Shown: positions 17,342 through 26,537, counted from the stretch's first letter. The stretch: 32,000 nucleotides of DNA from Sinorhizobium meliloti (GCF_017876815.1 NZ_JAGIOS010000002.1:1230001-1262000), one strand, 5' to 3'. Notes: generated by a model not told the origin, from the letters alone. Program-made: numbers and translations.

Positions 17342-18289
17342 ATGCAGGCCTATGTCCTGAAGCGGCTTGTTGCCGTGGTGCCCGTCCTGTTCGGGCTTTC
17401 CATCATCGTCTTTCTCGTCATGGCTCTCATTCCTGGCGACACGGCGACGGCCATTCTCGGCTCCTATGCGACGCCGGAAAACGTCGAGCGCATCAATCGT
17501 GACCTCGGACTCGACAAGCCGCTGGTGCAGCAATACGCGATCTGGATCGGCAACGTGCTGCAGGGCGATTTCGGCCGGTCCTTCGCGCTGAACCGGCCCG
17601 TGCTCGACGAGGTGCTGGAACGGTTTCAGGCAACGCTGGTGCTGGCCGGCGTATCGCTGGTCCTGTGCTCGGTGATCGGGCTTCTCGCAGGTGTGGTCTC
17701 CGCCGTGCGCCAGTTCGGCTGGGCCGACCGCGTCATCACCTTCTTCGTGCTGGCCGGCATCTCCACGCCTTCGTTCTGGCTCGGGCTCCTGCTCATCTAC
17801 CTCTTCGCCGTTCATTGGCGCATCCTGCCGGCCTCCGGCATGTACGCCGTCTACGGCGGCGGTGACCTCAAGGATCTTCTGCTCCATCTGATCCTGCCGG
17901 CCGCCACGCTCGCCGTCGTTGCCGCCGGCGTCATAGCGAGGCTGACGCGCGGAGCGATGCTGGAGGTCCTGAGGCAGGACTATGTGCGCACGGCCCGCGC
18001 CAAGGGGCTGCCCGAGCGGCGTGTGATCTACGCCCATGCCTTCCGCGCGGCGCTGGTCAGCGTCGTTCCCGCGATAGGCATCCAGGCGGGCTTCGTGCTC
18101 GGCGGCGCCGTCTATGTCGAGACGGTGTTCCAGTGGCCCGGCATCGGCGCGATGCTCGTGAAGGCGATTTCTACGCGCGATATCCTGCTGGTACAGGGCG
18201 GCGTGCTCGTCGTGGCGGCGAGCTACGTCCTGTTCAACCTTCTCGCCGACGTCGTGCAGTCGATGCTCGATCCGAGGATTCGCACATGA
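17342..18289 (+). CDS. ABC transporter permease (DppB-like)
   Basis: 315 aa from ATG 17342, with GGAGGG upstream. N-terminus MQAYVLKRL. EAA-loop region YVRTARAKGLPERRVIYAHAFRAAL. Confidence 0.9.
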   Translation: MQAYVLKRLVAVVPVLFGLSIIVFLVMALIPGDTATAILGSYATPENVERINRDLGLDKPLVQQYAIWIGNVLQGDFGRSFALNRPVLDEVLERFQATLVLAGVSLVLCSVIGLLAGVVSAVRQFGWADRVITFFVLAGISTPSFWLGLLLIYLFAVHWRILPASGMYAVYGGGDLKDLLLHLILPAATLAVVAAGVIARLTRGAMLEVLRQDYVRTARAKGLPERRVIYAHAFRAALVSVVPAIGIQAGFVLGGAVYVETVFQWPGIGAMLVKAISTRDILLVQGGVLVVAASYVLFNLLADVVQSMLDPRIRT

Positions 18290-20088
18290 GCGCGCTCGCA
18301 GCATCGCCGGCTCCGCGGAGGGGATCGGGACGGATCACGTCCTGGCACCTGCTGCTCAACAACCGGCTCGCCACGGGAGGGCTCATGCTGCTCGGACTGA
18401 TCCTGTTGCTGATTGTTCTGGTCCCGATCCTGCCGCTGCCCGATCCGGATGCCACGGCACCCGTCGACCGGTTGCAGCCGGTGCTGACCGCCGGACATCT
18501 TCTCGGCACGGATCAGCTCGGGCGGGACATACTGAGCCGCCTGCTTTGGGGCACGCGGGTCTCGATCGCGGTCGGTTTCGCCGCGACCCTCATTGCGGCC
18601 GGGATCGGATCGGCGATCGGCATCATCGCCGGTTACGCCGGCGGGCGCACCGATAACGCCATGATGCGCGGCATCGACATGCTGATGGCCTTTCCCTACA
18701 TCCTGCTGGCGCTCGCGATCGTCGCCGCCCTCGGGCCCGGACTGATGAATGCTCTCTATGCGATCGCCCTCGTAAATATTCCGTTCTTCGCCCGGAATGT
18801 GCGCGGCGTGACGCTCGGCTACGCCCATAGCGAATTCGTCGACGCGGCGCGGCTCTCCGGTAAGGGACATCTGTCTGTTATTCTCACCGAAGTTCTGCCG
18901 AACGTGATGCCGGTCATCGTCATCACCATGTCGACGACGGCAGGCTGGATGATCCTCGAGACGGCCGGGCTCAGCTTCCTCGGCCTCGGCGCGCAGCCGC
19001 CCCAGGCCGACCTCGGCTCCATGCTGGGCGAGGGGCGAGCGCAGCTCTTCACGGCCCCGCATGTCTCGGTCGTGCCGGGCGCGATGATCTTCCTGATCGT
19101 CATCAGCCTGAACGTTCTCGGCGACGGAATCCGCGACGTGCTGGACCCGCGGCTTCGCTCGGGCGCTCTCGCGCGGCCGGGGCCGGTCACCGAAGTCGCC
19201 CCCGACCGCACCGCGCCGGCAAACACGGCTGAAGGTGCTTGCCTGGCGATCGAGAAGCTGGAAACCGGCTTCCGGAGGGGAAAGGAGATCGTGCCGGCGG
19301 TTCGGGACGTCTCGCTGCATGTGGAGCCGGGCGAATGCCTTGGGCTTATCGGCGAGAGCGGCTCGGGCAAGAGCGTCACCGCCCTGTCCGTCATGGGCCT
19401 CGTCGCCTCGCCGCCGGGTGTGATCCGCAACGGTGCGGTCTATCTCGGAAACGACGATGTACTTTCCATGCCTGAAACCAGGCTGATCGCGAAACGCGGC
19501 AGCCGCGTCGCCTATGTGTTCCAGGACCCGCTCACGACGCTGCATCCAATGTATCCCGTCGGGCGGCAGGTGGAGGAGGCGATCGCAGCGCATCAGCCGG
19601 TCAGGGCGGCCGAACGGCGGGAAAAAGCCGTCGCGCTTCTGGAAAAGGTGGGTATCCCGGACGCCCGCGAGCGGTCGGTGCATTATCCCCACCAGCTTTC
19701 CGGCGGTCAGCGCCAGCGTGTCGGCATCGCGATGGCGCTCGCCAACGATCCGGAGATCATCATTGCGGACGAGCCGACGACCGCGCTGGACGTGACGGTT
19801 CAGGCCCGCATCCTGGAGCTCCTGCGCGATCTTCAGCGCGAGCAGGGCATGGCGCTGCTCTTCATCACCCACGACTTCGGCATCGTTTCGGAATTCTGCG
19901 ACCGCGTGGCCGTGATGAAGGATGGCGAGATCGTCGAAACCGGTAAAACCCGGGAGGTACTCGCCAATCCGCAGCATCCCTATACGAAGCGGCTGATCGC
20001 CTGCGTGCCCGAGCTCGGAACGGGCGAGCGCTTCCTGGATCGTGTTGCCGGGCTTTTTGCCGGCGGCAAGGCGGAGGTGGCGCAATGA
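18286..20088 (+). CDS. fused ABC permease (DppC-like) and ATP-binding domain (DppD-like)
   Basis: 600 aa with an ATGA overlap with the previous gene. The permease part runs to ...GDGIRDVLDPRLRS. A linker of about 30 aa follows. The NBD has GESGSGKSV, LSGGQRQRVGIA and IIIADEPTTALD. Confidence 0.88.
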   Translation: MSALAASPAPRRGSGRITSWHLLLNNRLATGGLMLLGLILLLIVLVPILPLPDPDATAPVDRLQPVLTAGHLLGTDQLGRDILSRLLWGTRVSIAVGFAATLIAAGIGSAIGIIAGYAGGRTDNAMMRGIDMLMAFPYILLALAIVAALGPGLMNALYAIALVNIPFFARNVRGVTLGYAHSEFVDAARLSGKGHLSVILTEVLPNVMPVIVITMSTTAGWMILETAGLSFLGLGAQPPQADLGSMLGEGRAQLFTAPHVSVVPGAMIFLIVISLNVLGDGIRDVLDPRLRSGALARPGPVTEVAPDRTAPANTAEGACLAIEKLETGFRRGKEIVPAVRDVSLHVEPGECLGLIGESGSGKSVTALSVMGLVASPPGVIRNGAVYLGNDDVLSMPETRLIAKRGSRVAYVFQDPLTTLHPMYPVGRQVEEAIAAHQPVRAAERREKAVALLEKVGIPDARERSVHYPHQLSGGQRQRVGIAMALANDPEIIIADEPTTALDVTVQARILELLRDLQREQGMALLFITHDFGIVSEFCDRVAVMKDGEIVETGKTREVLANPQHPYTKRLIACVPELGTGERFLDRVAGLFAGGKAEVAQ

Positions 20089-20882
20089 CGGGTGCTGCCA
20101 TTCAGGTTCGGGACCTTTCGAAGACCTTCGGCGGAGGCCGCAGCTTTTTCGGAAAGGCGAAGCATGAGATAAGGGCCGTGAAAGCGGTGTCGCTGGATGT
20201 CGCGCGGGGCGAGACCCTCGCTGTCGTCGGCGAAAGCGGGTCCGGCAAGAGCACGCTTGCACGCATGCTCGCCGGCCTAGAGGAACCGACATCCGGCAGC
20301 ATGCTGATCGCAGGCAGGGATGCGGCGGCACTGCGGCGATCCGGCCCGAGGGCCTTCGGCAAGACGATCCAGTATGTCTTCCAGGATCCGGTCGCTTCGC
20401 TGAACCCGCGCAAGACGATCCAGGAAATCCTGGAGACGCCACTGAAGCTTTTGTGCGGCTACGAAGCCCCGCGCCGTCGCGCCCGGATGCAGGAGCTGCT
20501 GCACGCGGTGCAGATGCCGGAGGATACGCTCTTGCGCTACCCGCACGAGTTTTCCGGCGGGCAGGCGCAGCGGATCGCGATCGCCCGGGCGCTCGCGACG
20601 GAGGCCGAGATCATCGTGCTCGACGAGCCGGTGAGCGCGCTCGACGTGTCCATCCAGGCGCAGGTCCTGCTTCTGCTGCGCGATCTGAAGCAGCGCTTCG
20701 GCCTCTCCTATCTCTTCATCAGCCACGATCTGGCGGTGGTCGAGGCGATCTCGGATCGGGTGGCGGTGATGTATTTCGGCGAGGTGGTCGAGACTGCACC
20801 GGCCGCCCGCCTTTTTACCGACCCTGAGCACGCCTATACACGACAGCTTGTCGCAAGCGGCCCCCGCATCAGGAAAGAGTGA
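20085..20882 (+). CDS. ABC transporter ATP-binding protein (DppF-like)
   Basis: 265 aa with an ATGA overlap. Motifs GESGSGKST, FSGGQAQRIAIA and IIVLDEPVSALD. Confidence 0.92.
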   Translation: MTGAAIQVRDLSKTFGGGRSFFGKAKHEIRAVKAVSLDVARGETLAVVGESGSGKSTLARMLAGLEEPTSGSMLIAGRDAAALRRSGPRAFGKTIQYVFQDPVASLNPRKTIQEILETPLKLLCGYEAPRRRARMQELLHAVQMPEDTLLRYPHEFSGGQAQRIAIARALATEAEIIVLDEPVSALDVSIQAQVLLLLRDLKQRFGLSYLFISHDLAVVEAISDRVAVMYFGEVVETAPAARLFTDPEHAYTRQLVASGPRIRKE

Positions 20883-20888
20883 CGGTTC

Positions 20889-21671
20889 ATGCCAGTGGTC
20901 ATCGAAAAGAAAAAGGAAACCGGTGGAGATGGCCAGCGTCTCTTCGTCCCGGCCGAGCGTACGAAACGCAGACCTGAGGCGATCGCCGATCGCATCAAGG
21001 ATTACATCCGCTCGGAAGGATTGGGGCCGGGCGACCGTCTTCCGCAGGAGCGCGACCTGATCGACACGTTCAAGGCGGCCAAGGGGACCGTACGCGAGGC
21101 GATGAAAGCGCTGGAGACGCAGGGCCTCGTCTTCACGCGCAGCGGCCCGGGAGGCGGCGCCTTCGTCGCCAAGCCCTCGGCGCGGCACGCCATGGAGCTT
21201 CTGTCGACCCACTTCTTCTTCGATCAGCCGAGCATTTCCGACATATACGCCATGCGCAAGGTGCTGGAGCCGGAGGTAGCGGCGCTCCTGGCCGGCAGGG
21301 TGACGCGGGAGGAACTCATCGCCCTCGAAAACACGATCCGCATCTACGATCATCCCCCCGCCGATCTGGACGAGCAGTATCGCCAGCGCGTCGCCGAGCT
21401 CGACTTTCATTCGATGCTGGCGCAACTCTGCCCGAATCCGCTTCTCGGCTTCGTCTGCGGGCTCATGCACAATCTGCTGCGCGAACTCCCGGCCGCACGA
21501 GCGATCTATGCCGACCCGACGTCGCTTTCGCGAGAAACGGGCTTGTCGTTCCAGTACCGGCTCATGGCCGCGCTCAAGGACGGGCGGTCGGAGGATGCGC
21601 GCGTGATCGCCGCCGAGCATATGGCTTTCGCCGAAAGCTACATGCTCGAACGTGCAGCCGCGACCAAGTGA
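20889..21671 (+). CDS. GntR-family regulator, FadR subfamily (FCD domain)
   Basis: 260 aa. Winged-helix block LPQERDLIDTFKAAKGTVREAMKALETQGLV followed by an all-helical C-terminal domain. It starts 6 nt after the ATPase stop, so it is probably co-transcribed. Confidence 0.88.
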   Translation: MPVVIEKKKETGGDGQRLFVPAERTKRRPEAIADRIKDYIRSEGLGPGDRLPQERDLIDTFKAAKGTVREAMKALETQGLVFTRSGPGGGAFVAKPSARHAMELLSTHFFFDQPSISDIYAMRKVLEPEVAALLAGRVTREELIALENTIRIYDHPPADLDEQYRQRVAELDFHSMLAQLCPNPLLGFVCGLMHNLLRELPAARAIYADPTSLSRETGLSFQYRLMAALKDGRSEDARVIAAEHMAFAESYMLERAAATK

Positions 21672-21717
21672 CGCCCATGGCGGAACTGTCGGCCCGGTGG
21701 GGCATTGAGTTTTCATA

Positions 21718-21759
21718 GCGCCGTCAGGGCCGCGGATCGATCCGCGGCCCTGACGGCGC
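21718..21759. repeat. 42-bp perfect palindrome (21-nt arms, no spacer)
   Basis: GCGCCGTCAGGGCCGCGGATC|GATCCGCGGCCCTGACGGCGC, verified base by base. It lies 46 nt after the GntR stop and 35 nt before the asnO ATG. There is no U-tract on either side. Confidence 0.9.
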
Positions 21760-21794
21760 GTCTCGTACCAACAATGGAGGTTTCGACCCGGTTC

Positions 21795-23570
21795 ATGTGT
21801 GGAATTTGTGGAGAAGTCAGGTTCGATGGCGGTTCGCCGTCGGTTACGGCAGTCTCGATCATGGCGGACGTCCTTGCCCCTCGCGGGCCGGATGCGTCAG
21901 GCGTGGTGGTGCGCGGGAATGTCGGACTGGGGCACCGGCGATTGCGTATTCTCGACCTCTCCGACAAGTCGCAGCAGCCGATGGTCGATTCCGACCTCGG
22001 CCTATCGCTCGTCTTCAACGGCTGCATCTACAATTTTCGCGAACTGAGGTTGGAGCTTGAAGAGAAGGGTTACAGATTCTTCTCGTCCGGCGATACCGAG
22101 GTCATCCTGAAGGCGTGGCATGCCTGGGGCGAGGAATGCGTCTCGCGTTTCCATGGCATGTTCGCATTCGTCATTCACGAGCGCGACAGCGGACGCGTCG
22201 TCATGGCGCGCGACCGTTTCGGGATCAAGCCGCTCTATATCGCCGAAGTACAGGGCGCCTTGCGCTTCGCTTCCGCCTTGCCCGCGCTCGTCAAGGCGGG
22301 CGGCGTCGACACCTCGATCGACGTGGCCGCGCTCCACAACTACATGACCTTCCACGCGGTCGTGCCGCCGCCGCGCACGATCCTGAACGGCGTTCGCAAG
22401 CTGCCGCCTGCGACCCTTCGCGTTTATGAACGTGACGGCAGCTTCGAGGACCGGCGCTACTGGGATCCGCCCTATCGCCGCCAGGCAGGTGACTCAGCCA
22501 TAAGCCGCGAGGAATGGCAGGAACAGCTCCTCGACGCGCTGCGCATTGCCGTGAAGCGTCGCATGGTCGCCGACGTGCCGGTCGGCGTGCTTCTTTCCGG
22601 CGGCGTCGATTCCAGCCTGATCGTCGGGCTTCTCGCGGAAGCGGGCCAGCGCGGTCTCATGAGCTTCTCCGTCGGCTTCGAGGAGGCAAACGGCGAAAAG
22701 GGCGACGAATTCGTCTATTCGGACCTGATCGCCGGTCACTTCGGTACGGATCATCGCAAGATATTCGTCCCCTCCGCCGATCTGATGGGGGCCTTGCCCG
22801 GGACCATCGCCGCAATGTCCGAGCCGATGGTCTCCTATGACAATGTCGGCTTCTATCTGCTCTCGAAGGAGGTTTCGAAGCACGTCAAGGTCGTACAGTC
22901 GGGGCAGGGTGCGGACGAGGTCTTCGGAGGTTACCACTGGTACCCGCCGCTGATGAACTCCAACGACGTCGTTGCGGATTACGGCAAGGCCTTCCGCGAC
23001 CGTTCCCACGCGGTCTTGACCACCCAGTTGTCGGATGCCTGGATTGCCGACCATGACGTGAGTAGCGACTTGCTGAACGAGCACCTCCTGCGCGAGGGTG
23101 CCGATACGCCCGTCGATCAGGCGCTCCGCCTCGACAGCAACGTTATGCTCGTCGACGACCCCGTGAAGCGGGTCGACAATATGACCATGGCCTGGGGCCT
23201 CGAAGCGCGCGTGCCTTTCCTCGACCACGAGCTGGTGGAACTTGCCGCGCGCATGCCCCCGGAGGAGAAGCTGCGCGACGGCGGCAAGGGCATTCTGAAG
23301 GACGTGGCGCGCCGGGTCATTCCGAGCGAGGTCATCGACCGCAAGAAAGGCTATTTCCCGGTGCCGCAGCTCAAATATATCGCCGGTCCGTATCTCGATC
23401 TGATCCGCGATACCTTGCGCTCGCAGAAGGCGCGCGAGCGGGGCCTCTTCCAAGATGCTTATCTTGACCGCCTGTTCCAGGAGCCGTCGGATCACATCAC
23501 GCCGCTGCGCGGCTCCGAACTGTGGCAGGTCGGACTTCTTGAAATGTGGCTTGAAGCGCAGGGGGTATAG
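21795..23570 (+). CDS. asnO: asparagine-synthase-family glutamine amidotransferase (N-acetylglutaminylglutamine amidotransferase)
   Basis: 591 aa from ATG 21795, chosen so that the protein begins MCGICG (Cys2 Ntn nucleophile). PP-loop motif LLSGGVDSS. It is followed directly by ngg, as in S. meliloti SMb20481-82. Confidence 0.88.
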   Translation: MCGICGEVRFDGGSPSVTAVSIMADVLAPRGPDASGVVVRGNVGLGHRRLRILDLSDKSQQPMVDSDLGLSLVFNGCIYNFRELRLELEEKGYRFFSSGDTEVILKAWHAWGEECVSRFHGMFAFVIHERDSGRVVMARDRFGIKPLYIAEVQGALRFASALPALVKAGGVDTSIDVAALHNYMTFHAVVPPPRTILNGVRKLPPATLRVYERDGSFEDRRYWDPPYRRQAGDSAISREEWQEQLLDALRIAVKRRMVADVPVGVLLSGGVDSSLIVGLLAEAGQRGLMSFSVGFEEANGEKGDEFVYSDLIAGHFGTDHRKIFVPSADLMGALPGTIAAMSEPMVSYDNVGFYLLSKEVSKHVKVVQSGQGADEVFGGYHWYPPLMNSNDVVADYGKAFRDRSHAVLTTQLSDAWIADHDVSSDLLNEHLLREGADTPVDQALRLDSNVMLVDDPVKRVDNMTMAWGLEARVPFLDHELVELAARMPPEEKLRDGGKGILKDVARRVIPSEVIDRKKGYFPVPQLKYIAGPYLDLIRDTLRSQKARERGLFQDAYLDRLFQEPSDHITPLRGSELWQVGLLEMWLEAQGV

Positions 23571-23571
23571 C

Positions 23572-25359
23572 ATGAAGAAGTCGCGCGAGATCGCATTGCC
23601 GCGTCAACGCAGCAAGGGCACCAAGGCGGTCACGCACCGGCTGAACCGGTTGCGGACGCATACTCAGCCAGGGCGCGATGCCGAGGGGTCGAGAACCGCC
23701 GGAGGGGCGAAGCGGGACGTCGTGCTCGACTGCGGTTGGGGCAGGCTCCTGTTCGCGCAGACGTTTTCCGACGACGAGAAACTCTTGTCCGAATTGCGCG
23801 AGGAAGCCCCCTCGAGCCGGGACATTGCCTTCTACGTACGGGACCCGCATGTGCTTCTGTCACGGGCGCCACAGGAGATTTTCCTCGACCCCTCCCACAC
23901 CTACCGGCTCGACCTGTGGACCTACCGTGCAAACACCCGCCGCACGCGAGGCATCACGATCCGCAGGCTCGCGTCGGAAGCCGATGGAGACGGCATCAAC
24001 CGGGTCTATGCCGCTTGCGGCATGGTCCAGATCCGATCCGATTTCTTCTCGTCCGAGCGGGACGACCGGTCGCTGACCTATTTCGTGGCGCAGGACGACG
24101 CCACGGGCGAGATCGTCGGCACGGTCACCGGCATCGACCACCAGAGACTGTTCGACGATCCGGACCGCGGCGCTTCGCTGTGGTGTCTCGCGGTGCATCC
24201 GCAGGCGCGCCAGCCGGGCATCGGCGAACATCTGGTCCGCAAGCTTGCCGAGCATTTCCAGGCACGCGGCCTTTCCTATGTCGACCTGTCGGTGATGCAC
24301 GACAATACGTTGGCGATCGGGCTCTATGAGAAGCTGAATTTCCGGCGCATGCCGCTTTTCGCCATCAAGCGGAAGAATGCGATCAATGAGAAGTTTTTCG
24401 CGATGCCACATCAATCCTACGATGCGCTCAATCCCTATGCGCGGCTGATCGTGGATGAGGCGACGCGGCGCGGGATCCATGTCGAAATCACCGATGCGGA
24501 AGGCGGGTTTTTCCGCCTGTCCCATGGCGGACGCTCGATTCATTGCCGCGAGAGCCTATCGGAACTGACTTCCGGCGTCGCGATGTCGATCTGTGACGAC
24601 AAGGCGATTACCCGCCGCATGGTCTCCGCGGCAGGGCTGGTCGTCCCGGACCAGATCGAAGTGGATGAAAACGGCAAGGCCATTCAGGACTTCCTAAAGA
24701 AGCACGGCAAGCTGGTGGTCAAGCCGGCACGCGGCGAGCAGGGCCGGGGCATCTCGGTCGGCATCACGACGATGGAAGCGCTGGAGGAGGCAATCGCCTC
24801 GGCCCGTCAGGTCTGCGACCGGGTATTGCTGGAAGCCTTTTTCGAGGGAGAGGACCTCCGCCTCGTGATCATCGACTATACGCTTGTTGCCGCCGCGGTT
24901 CGCTTGCCGCCGCGGGTCATTGGCGACGGCCGCAGCAAGATCGCTTCCCTCATCGGGAAACAGTCGCGCCGCCGCGAGGCCGCTACGGGCGGCGAAAGCC
25001 GGATTCCGCTCGATGCGGAGACGGATCGCTGCCTTGGGGAGCAGGGTCTCGATCTCGAAACGATACTGGAAGAGGGACGGGAGATTACGGTTCGCAAGGC
25101 CGCCAATCTCCATGCGGGCGGTTCGATCCACGACGTGACGGAGATCGTGCACCCCGATCTTGTCGAGGCCGCCTGCCGCGCGGCGCGGGCAATCAACATC
25201 CCGGTGGTCGGCATCGACCTCATGGTCCGCGATCCGGCGGAACCGGACTACGTCTTCATCGAGGCCAACGAGCGCCCCGGCCTGGCAAATCACGAACCAC
25301 AGCCGACGGCGGCGAGCTTCATAGAGCTGCTTTTCCCCGGCAGCCGCACGGCAGTGTAG
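23572..25359 (+). CDS. ngg: bifunctional GNAT acetyltransferase / ATP-grasp ligase (N-acetylglutaminylglutamine synthetase)
   Basis: 595 aa. The ATG is 1 nt after the asnO TAG, with AGGGGG upstream. GNAT block VHPQARQPGIGEHLVRKLAEHFQARG. ATP-grasp blocks LVVKPARGEQGRGISV and FIEANERPGL. Confidence 0.85.
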   Translation: MKKSREIALPRQRSKGTKAVTHRLNRLRTHTQPGRDAEGSRTAGGAKRDVVLDCGWGRLLFAQTFSDDEKLLSELREEAPSSRDIAFYVRDPHVLLSRAPQEIFLDPSHTYRLDLWTYRANTRRTRGITIRRLASEADGDGINRVYAACGMVQIRSDFFSSERDDRSLTYFVAQDDATGEIVGTVTGIDHQRLFDDPDRGASLWCLAVHPQARQPGIGEHLVRKLAEHFQARGLSYVDLSVMHDNTLAIGLYEKLNFRRMPLFAIKRKNAINEKFFAMPHQSYDALNPYARLIVDEATRRGIHVEITDAEGGFFRLSHGGRSIHCRESLSELTSGVAMSICDDKAITRRMVSAAGLVVPDQIEVDENGKAIQDFLKKHGKLVVKPARGEQGRGISVGITTMEALEEAIASARQVCDRVLLEAFFEGEDLRLVIIDYTLVAAAVRLPPRVIGDGRSKIASLIGKQSRRREAATGGESRIPLDAETDRCLGEQGLDLETILEEGREITVRKAANLHAGGSIHDVTEIVHPDLVEAACRAARAINIPVVGIDLMVRDPAEPDYVFIEANERPGLANHEPQPTAASFIELLFPGSRTAV

Positions 25360-25366
25360 CGGCCCG

Positions 25367-26437
25367 TCATTCCCGCGGCATCTCGCTGTCCATCAGCGCA
25401 TCGAGCGGACCGGTCAGCGCCGTTCTCGGCGGCACGAGCTGCGGCTCGATCATGTGTATCTGCAAGGATGCTCTCGGTTCCTCGATCACTTCGAAGGCCT
25501 TGGCTATCATTCCCTCGATATTCTGCCGGATCATGATGACGGGGAAGGGGAGGAAGGAGGCGAACGGGTCGTAATCGTAGCAGCCGACGACGAGATCCGT
25601 GAAATTTTCGAGCGGATGCTCGGCCATGAAACGCAGCAATCCCTCGAAATTGATCGATGAGTTGACGAAGAAGCCGCGCGGCAGTTTTCCATGCTGTTCG
25701 TAGAAGGCTTCGAACGCCTTTCGCGCGTTGTCGGCGGCATAGCCGGTCGGCCATATGCACTCGTCCGGATCGCTTCCCAGCAGCTCCTGCTTCACCGCCC
25801 GAAATCCGCGGATGCGCTCGCGCGTGGCGTGATCATCGCGCCCGCCGAACAGGTAGAGATCGTCGGGCTCGAGCGGCCGCTCGGCGGGGAAGTGGCGGAT
25901 GATCGCCTCGGTCAGGAGGCGGCCGCCTTCGAAATTGTCGCTGATGACCGACGGCACTTTCGTACCGGGGAGATCGATGTTGATATGCCTTAGGCCGGCC
26001 GCTTCGCAGACCTCGTGCACGCCATCGGGATCCGTCGCGCCGCAGATAAACAATTCGTCGATGGAATAGGAGATCAGCGTTTCGGCCGTCCTGCGCTCCT
26101 CCTCCGGGTCCCGGCTCGCACTGACAACGATCGGACATTGGCCCTTGCTACGCACATGCGCCTCGAAGGTCTGGGCAAGCGAAGAAAAGTAGCGGTTGTC
26201 GTGTACGGGCAGGAGCAGACCGACGAGGCCGGAACGGGAACTGCGTAGGCCCCGCGCTTGCCGGTTTGCAGTGTACTGGTGGGTTTCGGCGAGGCTTCGG
26301 ATGAGCTCCGCGGTGCTTTCCTTGATCCGTCGCTTGCGCCACGTGCCGTTTAGCACCGCACTGACGGTAGAGGGCGAACTTCCCGACAGCACCGAGAGAT
26401 CATAGATCGTCGCTTTTTTCCTGCCGCCGTTCGTCAT
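25367..26437 (-). CDS. LacI-family transcriptional regulator
   Basis: 356 aa from ATG 26437, with GGAGGAGG upstream. HTH block ATIYDLSVLSGSSPSTVSAVLNG. The rest is a periplasmic-binding-protein-like effector domain. Confidence 0.9.
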   Translation of the reverse strand: MTNGGRKKATIYDLSVLSGSSPSTVSAVLNGTWRKRRIKESTAELIRSLAETHQYTANRQARGLRSSRSGLVGLLLPVHDNRYFSSLAQTFEAHVRSKGQCPIVVSASRDPEEERRTAETLISYSIDELFICGATDPDGVHEVCEAAGLRHINIDLPGTKVPSVISDNFEGGRLLTEAIIRHFPAERPLEPDDLYLFGGRDDHATRERIRGFRAVKQELLGSDPDECIWPTGYAADNARKAFEAFYEQHGKLPRGFFVNSSINFEGLLRFMAEHPLENFTDLVVGCYDYDPFASFLPFPVIMIRQNIEGMIAKAFEVIEEPRASLQIHMIEPQLVPPRTALTGPLDALMDSEMPRE

Positions 26438-26505
26438 CTGACCTCCTCCAAACCCCGGAAAACCGATGCGCACGTTTCCTGGAATTGCTCTAGTGCCGAT
26501 TTCGG

Positions 26506-26535
26506 CTTGACGAAAAATTAAGTCTGAATGATAGT
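26506..26535 (+). promoter_or_regulatory. candidate sigma-70 promoter for the sugar ABC operon
   Basis: CTTGAC (26506-26511) is a perfect match to the rhizobial -35 consensus. TGATAG/GATAGT lies 17-18 nt downstream and is a weak -10. The operator palindrome starts 3 nt later. Confidence 0.3.
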
Positions 26536-26537
26536 CA

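Noticed and set aside
18223-20442. 739-aa minus-strand ORF (with similar ones at 20277-21716, 26609-28168, 22494-23573, 16200-17273, 5298-6296, 17336-18304, 7156-7869 and 29238-30047)
   Set aside because: All lie antisense to genes with strong family signatures. Their translations are Arg/Ala/Gly/Pro/Asp-rich low-complexity sequence with no recognisable motifs. This is the usual stop-codon-poor antisense frame of high-GC DNA.
21774-21794. Earlier in-frame ATG (MEVSTRF-MCGICG) as the asnO start
   Set aside because: Class-II (Ntn) amidotransferases of the AsnB family need Cys directly after the initiator Met, and a 7-aa propeptide is not expected. The GGAGG at 21776-21780 lies inside this extension. 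It sits a rather long 14 nt upstream of ATG 21795.
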